DNA of 64,000 bases from Dicyema japonicum. Taxonomy: Eukaryota; Animalia; Dicyemida. Each line of letters begins with the position of its first letter. Positions within the stretch are counted from its first letter, which is position 1. The notes under the pieces are model-generated. The model did not search any database. It had not been told where the DNA came from and saw nothing but the letters and a program-made list of their open reading frames with translations. Below, in pieces: positions 1-14,280 of the stretch. The translations under genes and the position numbers were made by a program. The stretch covers positions 124,001 to 188,000 of the forward strand of contig RDEW01000041.1 of NCBI GenBank assembly GCA_011109175.1, given 5' to 3'.

Positions 1-861
1 TCAAGAAGTTCGGGGAGGGTCAACACGTGGTCTCGGGGACTCCTGGACGAATAATCGACATGATAACACGTGGATACCTCAACACAGCTTCAATCCGTCT
101 GTTCATAATAGACGAGGCCGACCAGATGCTCAGTGACAGTATCACGTGTGTCTAACTATTTCAGATTTCAAGCCACAGATCTACGAGACCTATCGGTCCC
201 TTCCCCCACAAACACAGGTGGTCATAGTGTCCGCGACGATGATGCCGGATGTCCTGCATCTGACTTCTAAGTTCATGACAAATCCGCTTAGAATACTAGT
301 GAAGAGGTGGGGGTTTCCCTGATTTCAGAGACGAGTTGACGTTGGAGGAGATTTCCCAGTACTTCATAAATGTGGGTACCGAACCCAACAAGTTTGAGAC
401 TCTGATGGACATTTACGACACACTGACTGTCTCTCAGGCGGTCATTTTCTGCAATTCACGTGCTAAGGTGGAATGGCTTGCCGATAAGTTAACGGCAAAC
501 AACTTTACGGTGACTTACATGCACGGAGATACTCCCCAAAGGGAAAGGGAGGAGTTAATGAAGTCGTTTCGTTGTGTGGACACGCGTGTGTTGGTATCAA
601 CAGATTTGTGGTCACGTGGAATAGACGTACAGCAGATATCGTTGGTGGTGAACTACGACCTCCCTCAGTCTAGGGAGACATATATTCACAGAATTGGGAG
701 AGCTGGTAGATTCGGAAGGAAGGGAGTGGCCATAAACTTTGTGACGAATGATGAGATGATAATATTGAGGGATATAGAGCAGTACTATTCTACGGAGATT
801 GTAGAAATGCCTATGGATGGTATATTTTGTGTTATTTGTAGTTAATGATATTGTCGTGTAG
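1..861 (+). CDS. EIF4A3: DEAD-box RNA helicase eIF4A-III (exon junction complex), 5' partial; introns 139-164, 307-328, 820-841
   Basis: Spliced translation gives [43 protein letters not shown] (W typical of eIF4A-III rather than eIF4A-I) and [13 protein letters not shown], ending MPMDVNDIVV* (TAG 859-861). The GT-AG introns of 26, 22 and 22 nt restore the frame. Confidence 0.92.
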
Positions 862-2329
862 TTAATGATATTGTCGTGTTCTTCGGTTGTATTATTGGTT
901 TTATGGTTTATTAATTACTTATTTAATATTTTGAAAATAAATTAGAGTTGGGGGGAGACAGTTCTGTGTGGTTGTTCCCCCTCTGGATTGCTGAGATAAC
1001 CGCCATTGTTTGCGAAGGTTCTGAGATTAGGTTTTAGAAGAAATTATAGGGCAGGTCTCTGAGGTTCAATAGGTTTCCATGGGAGAGGAACAAACATTAC
1101 ATCACGTGAGAGGTCAGTATATTTACTGTGATTCAATGTCTCGACCCTTCTAGTGGCTAAGTTGTCATTAGTTTGTGCTGATTATATTAAGCACACTTGT
1201 TAAGGGGGAATTGGTAATATTCTCACTCTTATGTTAACTAGAAAAGTTTTTCATTCCTGGGCTGACTCGTTGACGTTGACCTCATATCGACAGATGAACA
1301 ATCCTTTTATAAGGCTTTCTATATTAGCTTTTTTAGTCATTAGACAACCAAAAGCCTATGGTTGATAAAATTAGCTTTTCTCATATCATCAAGGCTCAAA
1401 CTGCGATTATTTATGGTTGATAAAATTATCTTTCTCACAAGGCTCAATTTATCTTCAACTCTGTCTTGTTTATCCACGCAATCATTACATAAGCAAAAGT
1501 TCACTTCACCACTTGAGTTTTTGCCTATAGTAACGGCGGACTAGATGTCCTACCATATGCCGAATCAATGACCTCGCTTTAAGGGCCACAGGAAAATTTC
1601 TTTAAGTTTCTTACTTCACAATTATTTTTTCGGATTGAATTCACGTCTTCGTGAAACAAACGCGGAGTGGGTCCGAAAATCTTTAATTTCATTCTCTTAA
1701 CCTCTTGCTTGGGGAAAATTACCATCCAATCACAGATGGGTGAAGGGGAATCATTACCAGGTTCGCCTTTCTATTAATGACGTTGATGCTAGTATTTGTT
1801 ACTCATTCTAACCGCATCATTTTTCCCAAACATGGACTGGTAACTGCAGACTATCAATTTGAGTGGATTTACCGGTGTACTTATGGTAAAATTGCCATTG
1901 TAGTGATCGAAAGCAAAACTTTGCGGGATTCAAATCCCCTGCAATGGTTTATGCTCATATCAATTGGTTTCGTCCTCCTTATTCAAACACGTGGATCACT
2001 CACCGTAACTACTCTTTTTGAAGATATTTTCTTAGCGTCATTGGGTTTTGAGACGCACAGCAATAGCTGCTGGCCTCCCACTCATGATGATGGGGTAACT
2101 AACTATAAATACCTTTGACTACGGACAAATTCAACCTTCACTTTTGAAATCGTTTCCGTTTTACGGCAATAAATTAGCCGTGTTTTAAAATATTCCTAAA
2201 AATTTCCATAAAATACAAAATCAGATGAAAATTCAAATTTTGTTCTTAGTTTGCACACTTTCGACAGACACACAAAAAGTCTTACCATACGACAGTAAGG
2301 CCCCTTTCACTTTTGGCTCCCTAAATGCA

Positions 2330-3960
2330 CGTTGCTGAACGATGATCAAAAGAGATGTGAACTGACTCGGAACTAAAAAATATCAATTTGCTGCCTACAA
2401 GAAACCAAGATAAAGCAGCAACACATGAATATTGTTGACTACACATTTATGTTCCTCCCCCCGAATCCCCCTTCATTACGATCTGGCTTGGGTATGCTTA
2501 AGAGTTTTGAAACATATAAGGAGGATCAATGATCGGAGTAACATCCTGAAAATCCTTGATGGGAAAACAAGAATTCTGCAGCCAGCAGTTGCTAACTGTT
2601 ATTTTTTGTGTTAGAAATCTTATCAATCTTTCTGAAAACTTTTATCAAAAATCAGTTAAATAGGAGAGAATACGGGGTGATAGTGTGAGGAACATATGCA
2701 GAACTGTCCTTGTCCCCCATCTTATTGCTGGAGACTGAAATGTAGGGCTGGCAAAGCACATGTTAAAGACCTATGTATTTTTGTGACATAACCACTTGTG
2801 CAATACTACATTCAACACTCAGCAAGGCACATCTTGCTGAGGACAGGAAGAAACCAACATCATATAACCAAATCGACTTTGTGATATGCAGACAAGACCA
2901 AAAGAGATCACTAGTTGACTCAAGATATCACAACGGTCTCCTGACGTCAATAGATCATAGAATAGTTGTCTGTTTTCGTGTGAAAACGACAGCCATAGCA
3001 TGTGATAGGGTCTGGCACACGATGAAACGACCAGACATGTCAGGCCAAAATCATGAAACAACTGGAAGGTATAATATATTCCCGATAGAATGGTGGAAGG
3101 AAACAGTAATCAAAAATATAGCAAGGGGAGTCATCGGGACTACCAATCGACGAGACCTCATACGATCAAAAAATGTTCTCGCTTCTATAAAAGCAACTAC
3201 GAGCAGAAAGATCGACTAACCAAGGAAAACATCTCGAGCACTCCGTAACCGAGAACTTACAAAAATCAGACAACTGCAAAAATCAGCCAAACGGGAGAGA
3301 ACAGAAGTACTGGTAAATGAAATTGAAAAATATAAGAGTGGAGATAGGATGTTCAAGGCGATCTCAACTAGAGAAAGGGCGGACATCCATATACATGAAA
3401 ACACATAATCATCAATAGTGACAAGTCATCCCTTACCTCAAAATATTTTGAAGACATGCTTGATGTACAAAAAGCCAATTCCCTCATCCTTATAAAAGAT
3501 AACCAAAAGGGACTAAAGTAGCAAACAACAACAGAGGCAACACTATCTGCATTTTCTATACTCAATACCGGCAAATCCCCGGGTCCGGACGGAATACCAG
3601 CAGAACTGTTTATTTTTGAGTGAATGACAATGCATTTCAATTGTGAAGGATTACAGTCCAACGGAAAAAACCTGGAAAACCAAAAAACCATCGAAACAGC
3701 TTCATTCAGAAAATATTATCCCGATCGAACACCAGATGGACGAATATCTTTCCCCCAACTCATAGTGGATTTCGTGCTGGACGGTCAGCTGGAAACGGTG
3801 TTTGGGAGACAAATGGTATATGGCACTGTGACAAAAATAAAAATGAAAATAAATATCCTAGGGACAGATTTTTTGAGGACTGTTTATGAAGATTCTCGAA
3901 AAGACACTAAACCGGATGAAATCCATAAGTATTCTTTTGACGACACCCGCTTCGTAGCCA
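2330..3960 (+). mobile_element. Decayed RTE-like non-LTR retrotransposon (APE endonuclease + RT fragments); boundaries approximate
   Basis: YNQIDFVIC..SIDHRIV (APE C-terminus) and GKSPGPDGIPAEL (RT start); same family as 59540-61600; many frameshifts. Confidence 0.8.
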
Positions 3961-4455
3961 AACAGGAAAGTGCAGACATAACATTTTTGCTGTGTCCCAC
4001 AGGGAGATTCCTGTCCATAATACAGTAAACTCTCCCAAATTTCCATTTTTGGTTCCAGCATTTTTTGCGGCAAATTTGGGAAATGAAAAATTTCAGAATT
4101 TAATCAATAATTTAAAAGCCAATCTGACTGAGACTCGGAGGACTTGGAATTCGCAACCCTGTGGACCTTTCTCTCCCTTCATACCTGTAGCTCCCATGTC
4201 AGGAGGATTCTACACTCTCTATCTGAATTCTCTATTGACAAGGACACCGGCCATGCTCGTGAGGCATGGAGCCGCACTTATCAGCTTTCCCTGCCTTTCT
4301 CGTTCTCTCAGCGGGGCTTTACGATGATGCTATATGCTGGAATTCTTTCAAATATTTGCTAGTGTCATCTAGCCAACATCGCCGCGCCTGTTTTTTGTCG
4401 GAGGCGTCTTCCGAGAGGGTGTCTGGCTCAAAGCCATTCCCAATGGAGTTCTGGG

Positions 4456-6262
4456 CAGGGTTGACAAAATCATAATTTTCATGAAAAAATGGAAAAATCT
4501 GATTTTTTGATTTAAACAATTTTTTGATTTAAATCAGATTTTTTGAATTAAATCAGATTTTTATTCGGAAACAAAGTAAAATAAAAATAAAATGGAAATC
4601 GTATTTATTTATTTAAACAAAGACAAGTTTGGCAGCTTTTTCAATTCCCAGCCTATTTCGTACACTCGAATGAAAGAATCCAAAAGTCGAAAAAATTTGT
4701 TCTATTCCACCTGTGGAAGCAACTGCTCCAAGAATTTTTTTGCAGAGTGAAATTACTTCAGAACTGGTGAGAGTTCGACTCCCACTAAGCTATAGGTGAT
4801 ACTTTGCTCAATAAATTCGGAGCGAACATGTATAGTTTGAATGGATCAGCTTTACTCTGAAATTAATCAAAGTCGGAAGTGCATATTCATAATGTTCTGC
4901 ACAATACTCCAAGGCGAGGTCAATCTAGCAGTTGAAAAAGATCTCCACAACGTGTTGGGTTCATTAGATTCGCAAGTAAGTGGAAAGGTGTTGATGCTTG
5001 ATCAGCTCGAGTTTTCATCTTTTCTAAAATAGCCGTACATTCATAGTCAATATAAGTCTGTTCAAGTTCCTTTTAAATTTTTACAGCATGACTAATCTTC
5101 GTAGAATCATTTTGCATTTTGTCTAAAGCGACAGCAATTGGTTTAATCAGACGCAAATATTTTTCAACACGACGTTTTAGCGAAATATTTTGGATTTTCG
5201 AATCGATATCTGTATCAATTCAATCTGTGTTCTTCAAAAATTCTCAAAATTGTAGACCAATTATCCAGATAAGATTCAAAACAATCTGATAGAGTGTTCC
5301 AGCGAACATCAATCGAAAGAACAAGTCTTTTTCTCCAGCAGATTTGTACCATGCCGCTGGAAGATTGACGTTTCGAAATTATTTATTCTTACGATGGTTT
5401 CTTTAACTTCAGCTACTTCGACATCCTTTGCGAGAAAGTTGAAATAATGTGCCGAGCAACCATCTGTAATAATTTCATCGTCATCTTGCATCATTATCCG
5501 CCTCATTTTAGTCATGTTGGCATCATTGTCCGTTACAAGACTCCCGATTTTACATCCAAACCGTTGCTCGGCGACTTTGCAGAAGCTAAAGCAACAGATT
5601 GAAGATACTCCACGGTGTGGCTATATCCAGAGGTGTCCACAGTGTCAATTAGATAGCTTTCTCCATCCGATGTTACAACTGACACACAAATAACAGGTTC
5701 ATTATGACTGTTATTCCACCCGTCCAACATCATAGACACTGTCTTGTCCTGGAGTCTTTCGCGACAGTCTTCATGTATTTACGATCGAACAACCACCAAT
5801 TTGATGACGAGAGGTAGTCGATACCCATTTGGACGAATTTGACAAAATCCGGATATTCTACACCAGCAAAAGGAGTGTTACTGGAATATATGTATCTAGT
5901 GAGTTGCATATCAATCAAATTTTTCTTCGATGACGTCGTCGTAGTAACGAAATTAATTAAAGACTGGTCACTCATCCTTGGGGGGAATTCGCTGATCAAA
6001 TCACTTTCAGGTTTCGACGGATTTTCAGGGATATCAATATTAGTTCGACATAACAAATGATCCGAGACCTTGTACCTCCCTCTCGCAATTACGGCATCTG
6101 GCTCGACTCCCGGTCTTTCCAGGAATAATACGTTTATCGAAGTGAACCAACGCTTTCTTCCAGACATTAAAAAAATTTAAATGATTTTTTTTGATTATTT
6201 AATGATTTAAATCATTGATTTTTTTTGTTGATTAAAATCAAATAATTTAAATCTAACCAAGA
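4456..6262 (-). mobile_element. hAT DNA transposon (DUF659/ZBED-like transposase pseudogene)
   Basis: Fragments LDGWNNSHNEPVI, DTSGYSHTVEYL, VTDND ANM, GCSAHYFNFLAKD and VRWNT; CAGGGTTG terminus at 4456; GATTTAAATC subterminal repeats at both ends. Confidence 0.82.
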
Positions 6263-7189
6263 AAGCTTTTGACAAGGAAGATTCTTTACGTCAAAAAATC
6301 CAAACAACCTAAAAATCTGGATCGCAAATTTCCTAAATTGAAGAAGAGGAAGAGTACTGCTGGAAAAACTAGATTAGTGACCAAGTTCCTTCCAAATGGG
6401 GTCCTTCAAGGATCTCCACTGTCACCTCACCTGTTCAACTTATTCTTGAATTATATGACCTCCCTTACCAGTGAAGATACTCTGGTTCTAACATATGCGG
6501 ATGATATAATCGTCGCAGTCAAAGACCAGTGCGTTAATACTGCTGTTTACCGGATTCAAGCTTCATTGGACGATCTGAACTGTTGGCTCGTTAAGAACAT
6601 TCTACATACAAGTCCCGAAAAGTCTTATACAACAATTTTCACAACAAACAGAAGATTGACAAACTCCGCTCCATGTGTAACCATAAATGGAAACTCAATC
6701 CCCACGACCAACTCGGTCAAGATACTGGGCGTAACTTACGACCCATTCTTGACCTACAGCAAACACATCGACAACGTCATCTCTTCAACACAACGAAAGC
6801 TAAATTTTGTTAAAACACTCCTTGGACAATATAATGGGTGTTTCAACTCAATTTTGGACTCGCTCTACGTGCAGTATATTCAACCGTCTCTAACTTACGG
6901 GTGTGCTGCATGGGGAACCAACCTATCAAACAAAAATATAGAAAAAATCAATACCTTCCAAAAAATGGCCAGTAAGGTTTTGCAAAGGTTTTCTTGGAAA
7001 ACCGGAGCCTTACTACCCTCCAAAAAGATAGAAACCCCCGCCCAATCCGAAAATGCGTTGGAACCCGGGAAGAACACCGAGCAAGAATGAGATGGCTACT
7101 CGAGGCGGCCGGAATCACCTGATGGCTATGTAGTTATATAATTTGTCGGTGATTTTTGGTTTTTAATAATAACTAATAATAATAACAAC
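6263..7189 (+). mobile_element. 5'-truncated LINE (RT C-terminal half, 3' UTR, TAA-rich tail), family A
   Basis: GVLQGSPLSPHLFN, YADD and KILGVTYD motifs; highly similar inverted copy at 32227-33015; ends in TAATAATAAC repeats. Confidence 0.9.
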
Positions 7190-9500
7190 CCTGGTTCTGG
7201 GAACCTTCCTGGATGATGAATACGTCCGTATTGGGATCTCATTGCGACTGGGATGAAAAGTTTGTGTTCCACATCCGTACCGATGCGGAGACCAGATCGA
7301 CTGTTTTGGCCTACACCCTTTTTTCTGCAGGAAGAGTGCAGGCAGATTTCCCATAAACCTGGCCTTGAACGAAGTCGTTAGGCGAGTTTTGGACGCCGCC
7401 GGACACCCCTCCATGCTCAAACCTATCGGTATTTGCAGGCGGGACTGGAAACGACCAGATGGGATGACAATCTTCCTCGTTGAAGCCGGGAAACCTATTG
7501 TCTGGGACGTTGTCTGCACCGACACGTTTGCCTCTTGCAACCTACTCCAGAGTGAGAAATTGAAACGGGAAAAGTACGCGGTCCTACCCAAGGATTTTTT
7601 GTTTGTTCTACTCCCCAATGAGACGTCTGGTTCCCTTGCGCCTGTGACGCTGGAATTCTTGAGTCGTCTAGGGCAGCGGTTCTCAACCTGGGGTCGATTC
7701 GACCCCCAGGGGTCTAAAATCAATCCAGATCGATCGTAAGGGGGTCGAAAATGAAATATTTAGGGGTCGAAAATAAATTTAATAATTTTAATTTTTTCTA
7801 TTTCAATTAAGTTAGTTTTTTTTAAAGTGGTAAACATTTGTTTTTTTTAATTTTTAAAATTAGCATGCTTGTTTTTGTTCGTTATGAGTCATCTTCTACA
7901 TTAAAAATTCGTCAATATAAAAATGAATATTTGAAAATTTTTTTGATAATAAACATTGCTAACACTATTGCTTACTGTGTAACAAGTTATCAAATGATGC
8001 AATGAAACCGTCCAAATTTTTGGATCATTTTAGGAGTAAACATTGGATAAAAAAGATAAACCATTGAGTATTTTGAAGAATTAAAGGATTCTTTTCGTAA
8101 ACAAAAAACGATTGACACTGATTTTACAAATAGTAGTGAAAAAACAATAGTTGTTGTTATTTTAAATTATTTAGGAGACTAATTGCATCCTATAAAATTG
8201 CAATGATTTTTGCCAAAAATGTGAGTTCCCATGTTTTTAGTGAAAATCTCATCAAACCATCTATATCAGCGATTCTATCAGATCTGATGGGTTTAAATCC
8301 AAACGAAATTTTAAAATCCGTGACAATTAGCAATGATTCCATTCGCCGCAGGATTGACGAAATGTCAGATAATGTTGGACATATTTTATGTGAAAAGCTT
8401 AAAATACTATTTTTTCTTAAATTGACGAAAGTCATATATGACAACCAATCAATTCTAATCGGATATGTCAGGTTAATCTTATTAGAAGCTTACTTTTTAA
8501 GATATTTTGACGATCATGCTCTTCCTACAGAAGATTTATTATTCGTCAATTATTTGGAAACTGATACGACTGGATTTTCTATTTTTTCCGTAGTCAAATT
8601 ATTTTTGGATGACAAGAAGATTCCATATGAAAATTTGGTTTCTTGTGCCACAGATGGTGCAATGTCTATGGTTGGAAAATATAAAGGATTTGCGGCATAT
8701 TTGACAAAAATATGTCCAAATGTGATTCATATACATTGTGTTCTACATAGACAACATTTGGTTTCAAAAGCTCTTTTGCCAATTCTACATGAAACGTTAA
8801 ATAAGGTTATTAAAACCATAAACAGAATTAAAGCAAGTATGATCGTCTTTTTAGAAAATTTTACTGAGGCTAACAAAACATATGTCCTTCTTGTGCTTCA
8901 CACTGAGGTTATCCAAAATTGTTGACAAAAATAGCACAATTGCTACTCTATTTTCCGACATCATACTGTGTTGAATGCGGATTTAGCATTCTACATCGAA
9001 TTGTAAATAAAGAACGAAACAGATTGGATGTGTCCACTAGAGGAGATATTCGTTTAAAAATAACACAAATAAATCCAGATATAGAATCTTTGGTCAAAAA
9101 ACATCAGTCACGGGGATCCCATTGTATTTAAATTTTTTTATTATAAATTTAGGCTAAGATACCAACTTAACATCGAGTTATTCTTTTTTTTTTTGATTTG
9201 ATTATTAACAATGAATTCATTATAGATAGTTAACTAATTTTACTTAGAATTGTCTGTTCTAAAAAAGTTTTAAGGGGTCGATTAAATATTAGGGGGGGAA
9301 AAAAAAAGTCAAGGGGTCGACGAGTTAAAAAAGGTTGAGAACCCCTGGTCTAGGGAATCGGATCGCTACACAAACATGAGACCCTCGTGAGCGCTGCTGG
9401 TTATTTGAGCGAATCTCGCTCGCCATCCTTAGTGGAAATAGCCATGCAGTCAGGGCAGCCGCTATATAACTGTATACTCTCTTTTCTTTCCTTAATAAAA
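7190..9500 (+). mobile_element. CRE-clade non-LTR retrotransposon 3' part (restriction-like endonuclease), split by the hAT at 7674-9347
   Basis: LNEVVRRVL..AGHPSML.P.G..R.D.KRPDG..WDVVCTDT; the frame resumes after the hAT as NRIATQ..DPRERCWLFERISLAILSGNS. Confidence 0.85.
7674..9347 (+). mobile_element. hAT (Buster/Charlie-like) transposon, internally deleted, with micro-introns in the transposase
   Basis: TIRs CAGCGGTTCTCAACCT / AGGTTGAGAACCCCTG; perfect 8-bp TSD GTCTAGGG (7666-7673 and 9348-9355); motifs CATDGA, HCVLHR, HTEV, TSYCVECGFS; putative introns 8150-8174 and 8472-8501. Confidence 0.95.
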
Positions 9501-9509
9501 TGAATTCCC

Positions 9510-9880
9510 AAATCCATTGGCTAAAGCATTTTTGGAAAGAGCATTATTTTCTGCCTCACTGGTTATTAATGCATCGTTTAACAATGCACCTTAAAGTTTA
9601 AAAACATTAAGAATACCTTTTGATTCCATCGAATCCATCCAAGCTTTTCATCAAGTTGCGAGAACTTTAACTTTTGGTCTGTTTTTGTTAGTTTTGAATT
9701 GTTCGAAAATTGAATCACGACTCTTTGAGATAGCGTTAACTGTCCTCCGGCAAATGTTCACTTTAAACAAAAAGGAAAATTTATCGGCAATTACTTGGCC
9801 TAGTTGTTGTCGTCCTTGTAACGCAATATTTGCATTTTTTGTTGATAGTGAATCTTGTATATCAACCGCTAGAATTACAA
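9510..9880 (-). mobile_element. pogo/Tigger (CENP-B-type HTH) transposase N-terminal fragment
   Basis: ..IADKFSFLFKVNICRRTVNAISKSR..KFSQLDEKL..WMDSMESKG[27-nt intron 9616-9590]ALLNDALITSEA resembles CENP-B HTH domains. Confidence 0.55.
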
Positions 9881-10649
9881 CGAGGCATGCTACTCGAATA
9901 AGAAGAATAAAGGACAGTTCATTTTTGAATCAATCGCCGTGGAAACGTCAAAAATCATAGTAAGCAGACCATGCTAAACAAAATCGGATCGCCCATCGCG
10001 AAGAGGAAAAATGATAGGAGAGAAAGTAGCTGGCTCATTGATCGTCTTTCATTGTAAAAATATCGACGCCGTCTTCTGTGAACCCGGGATCTTATCCATG
10101 GGTTTTTTGGACACATACTTAACTGCTCTTGTGATCATCTGGTACAAGCAACTCTTCTTTATATACAAACACCAGAGTACCGTGATAAACGACAACTCAC
10201 GTTGTTCAGTCAGATTGGCTACCTCAAATAGCGTTTTTGTATTTCCAGATCATCCCCCTAATATTGTAATTAAAGCCGTACCTCGACACAGTACAAAGGA
10301 TCGAACCGAATTTTAAGATCTGATTCTGAAAGGGATCCGATTCAGAATCATCAGATCTGGAATCGACTCCTTTGACTTCTCTGATTTCAACTCCTCTTTT
10401 TTATGTCTTAAATATTATTGACCCGATAAAATAGGGGACCAATTCATTACGACTAGAACACAGTTTATGTACATGGTTTGTAGGTGAGTCCTTAGCCTTC
10501 AGTTCTCACTAGACTGATCAGAAGGGACATAGTCTATTAGCGAAAAACCTTAAAGACCACCGGGAAAGAACCGGCCGAGGTCGAGCCTAGCAATTCCTTT
10601 ACATTTTGGGGGAGAAATAACTTTATGTGTGGTGTGGATGTGTAAAATG

Positions 10650-13165
10650 TAATACTTTTTTATATTAGATTTTTTATATTATAAAAACGAAAGCTGTTTT
10701 ATAGCATCTATGTTGGGAAACGAAACCCTCTGTCAGTTAAGGCACTCCTTGCAAGTGGCAGAGGATAAGACAGAAGGGCTTATCTAACACCAACAGGGAT
10801 TTAGACTCCTGGTATGGCCATTTGCAACCATAGGTTTGCTTGGAGACCTTTTAGTGAGTGTGGGATTTAGACTAGTCACTGTGATTTGACTGAGGTATTG
10901 GGCGTATTAGGATGTGGAGAGACTGCAGATGGGATACCCGTCCATAAGGCACCTAATGAAGGACCTCAATATATGGGGGAACTGTCTTATCAAACGGAAG
11001 CCATTCCTATCACTGGACATGTGCCACCTTAATTTGTCAACCCGATCGTTGCGGACTGATATTTTATATCTAATCGGATGGAGGATGTATGATTATAAAA
11101 CTATGAGGGGAACCCCCATATCCTTCACTAATTGTACGACCTCTCAATTACTAATAACAGTGATTATAACTGTAAACCAAACTCAGCAATCTGCGAATGT
11201 CCTCTCTATACACTGGATCATAATTTTCTTAACTAGCATCATGTCGATTTCCTCTGGGTTTTTCTCCTAAAGTAAGCTCAGTCCTTACAGAGAGAATCTC
11301 ACGTGTAATATCAGCTATCCTCCCCCTCATATTCTCAAGTTTCTCCTCCAATTTTTGATTACTAAAATAACCTTGCCTATACTTTGTCTCACATATTTTC
11401 ATTACGTCCCTAATCTTCGATCTGAGAAGAATGTATGTCTTCTACCAACACCGATTAAGGCTACCTCTATCCTCTCCAGGTCATATCTGCCAGCCTTCGT
11501 TAGCTCCTCACCCATTTTCTTCATTTCTTGATATTTTGCGAGAACTGATTGAGTGTCGCTGTAAGTGTAGCTGCAGTATTAGTAAATGACTACACTTCAC
11601 GTTTGAGTGTTTTTTCTATGAAATCAATCCACTTTTGAATGCGGGAGTCAAGGTTGACTGAATCACTGTCGTTCACCGGAAAGACGTGCTCTTGTGTTTG
11701 GGAGCCACCACAGGTTTGTGGGTTTCAGAATTCTCTAGCTTCCGTCGTTTACGCTCATTCTAAATTGGGAAAGAGGTCATACCACGCGCATGTGTCTGTT
11801 CATAATAGCCTTTAGTAAATTCCCCCCACCTTTCTTATTTATTTCTGATTGGTGGACAACCATGTTTTCTTTATCATCGTTCTGGTCTTAATTTATGCCT
11901 TACTTTAGTGTTTCCTTGCTTAGAAGACCTCACCTCTGCTTCTTCATTATCCTCCTGAAATGCAGTCGCCCCACATGCTTAGGTGAGTGATTGGATGTAA
12001 AGGGACATTCACATAACCCGGGATCACACGCCTTTTCGTGTAGAAACGCCTCACAGGATTCAGTGAATGAGGAAATGAGTCTGAGAGCAGCATCGTTTTC
12101 TTGGAAGATTAAAGAAATTGGCTGTTCTACGCATAAACCAAACTGAGTCCAGATTTTGACTGTATTTTCTAAAACATTGAGAGAAAATCACTTTCTATGT
12201 GGAAATGTCTAATGTGGCAAAAAGGAATGTATGTCTCTAAAGTCCAACAAATTAATCTCAGAGTTCCCGGGTTCCAGTCCACCCAACATTCCTCGGAATT
12301 ATGAATTTTCGCGCTTTTAATGAGTCCGTCGGTCCCGTTTATGGAATCCATCCATTTCCTGACAGTCTAATGTTTTAAAGACTATTCACCTGAATATAGT
12401 TGTCAGCCGATATACTTGCCAGTGAAATCTCTGAATTCTACTCCCAATAACTCTCCCATTGAAAAATGGATAAGCAATTCGAAGATTTCCGACTGGTATA
12501 CCGCATCTTTTATATTTGAATCAAAAAAACCGCCAAAAGTGAGAACATTGTCGTGGAGTTTTATTCTAATTTTATCAGAGAAGGTACATTTTATGTTTGA
12601 GGTGATTCATTATCTTAAATAGCTGTTTGGGACACAGAGAAATTATAGAGTTTACAGAATTTAGAATCTGACAGTTAATTATAAGAATACGTCTAAGGCA
12701 GTCAGTTTATCCGATGAAATGATCAGATCCATCAACATGGGTACAGACTGGGCACCAAATAAATTAAGAGCCTTTTATTGACTTCCCCCATGTTCTAAAT
12801 CAATGAACCATCCTCAAACCACTATAAATCTGCATACTACATCACAGAGTTTGTAATTAAGTAAGTCTTCTAGAAAATTCTAAATACAAAAACTTAGAAT
12901 AGGAATGACAACACCGCGAATTATTTTTAGCATGCTTTCATTGCATAATAGTTTGCATTGATTTTCGAGTTCTTCTGCCAGTGTAACAAGTTTGTAAGTG
13001 TCATTAGTGTCGATAAACTAGGTTGTTATAATTATTTTGTAACTTGTTCGATTTCTTGGCAAATATTAATTATTGTCTGTTTGACTTTCATGCTTTTGTA
13101 GTTATCGGGTTTAATCAAAATTTATGGACAACAAAAAATAATTATATAACCAAAAATTGGCGCCA
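10650..13165 (-). mobile_element. Heavily decayed Ty3/gypsy LTR retrotransposon relic; boundaries approximate
   Basis: PBS-like TGGCGCC near 13160, then on the minus strand a protease-like KAL..GAQ (~12770), RT-like VDFRD (~12245), RNase H-like SRIQKWIDFIE (~11635) and an integrase zinc-finger-like segment (~11400), in gypsy order. No LTR pair identified. Confidence 0.55.
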
Positions 13166-14069
13166 ATATTAATTAGGTTAGCAACTGTGTTAAAATAAAT
13201 TTTATTATTTTTTATAATTAAAACAAAGGTTCTTATCAGGTTTTTAAATTTTTAGCTTATTTGTAAAAAATTATAATAAAATATAAAATCTATATGTTTT
13301 AGCGAACATGAACATTTCCATCCTTTCTGACAGATTCGAGATATTGAAATTATTTCTTCCTGAAGTAAGGTTATGACATCATCACTGTAATTGGAAGCTC
13401 CCAGTATTTTATTTAAACGAGCCACATTGGTGAGATGTTCTCCAAATTATTATGGGTAATAAAACTGACGGTTGACCCAATGTAGAATATAAGTTTGAGA
13501 ACAAATTATTTAGAGGTTAATTGGCTGGAAGGTTGAGGTGGGGTTAGTGACGGTATCTCTCCTTTTCGTGATTTGGACAGGGTGACAGAATCAGGAGACA
13601 TCGTTCACCCGAAGTTCTGAACTAAGAAAGTGTATGTGGGATCAGGATTCGAATCTCATCCAGCTAAAACTCGATAGAACTTGGAGAATCACCTGTTAGA
13701 AACTCTGCACGTGCAGGAAGGTAATTAATATGATCTCGTCAAACAGATCCCACTCGTGAGGTGACACGACACGGTTGTTGAAAGGGATCTGACTACCTTC
13801 TCCCTGACCAAATCCACTGGTAAAGATTGTCAAAATGAAAACTTACGCCAAAGAATTAAGTGATATCCGTGACGGTAGGACTGTGATGAAAATGGAAGAG
13901 GGCGGACATAGGTCTCCACCTCTCTTCGGAAACCTGTAATGGAGGGTGGATTTTGTCGACACAAGCAGACGTTCTCCTTTGACATCCTTCCTTGATTAAT
14001 TAGTCATCATTGTTTGTCCTGGGTCGGTATTTATTTTTGATGTTCATCATTGTAGAGAAGGTAGACTCA

Positions 14070-14280
14070 CATATGTTGAAGCGATTAGTTACCGCTCCTC
14101 TCAGGCAGGACACAGACTTTATTTAAGTAAAGAACAGTCATAATAACTAATAGATGAGGGAGAACCATGCTCTTCACTTATTTTGTTGGGCATGAGTCCT
14201 TTTATAGACGATCCGGTTCCGCAGTGAGATTTTCACTAATGACGTCTTCACTCGTCAAGCCAAAGTCATCAGCCTTTTTG
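14070..14280 (-). mobile_element. SINE family 1 copy (conserved core, own 3' tail, no clear tRNA head)
   Basis: Core and ACTGTTCTTTACTTAAATAAAGT.TGTGTCCTGCC block shared with 36374-36691 and, more divergently, 63245-63576. Confidence 0.75.

Noticed and set aside
1362-2118. Short ORF-track entries here and many similar 60-130 aa ORFs across the window
   Set aside because: They have no recognisable motifs; most are antisense or off-frame shadows of TEs or of spliced genes.
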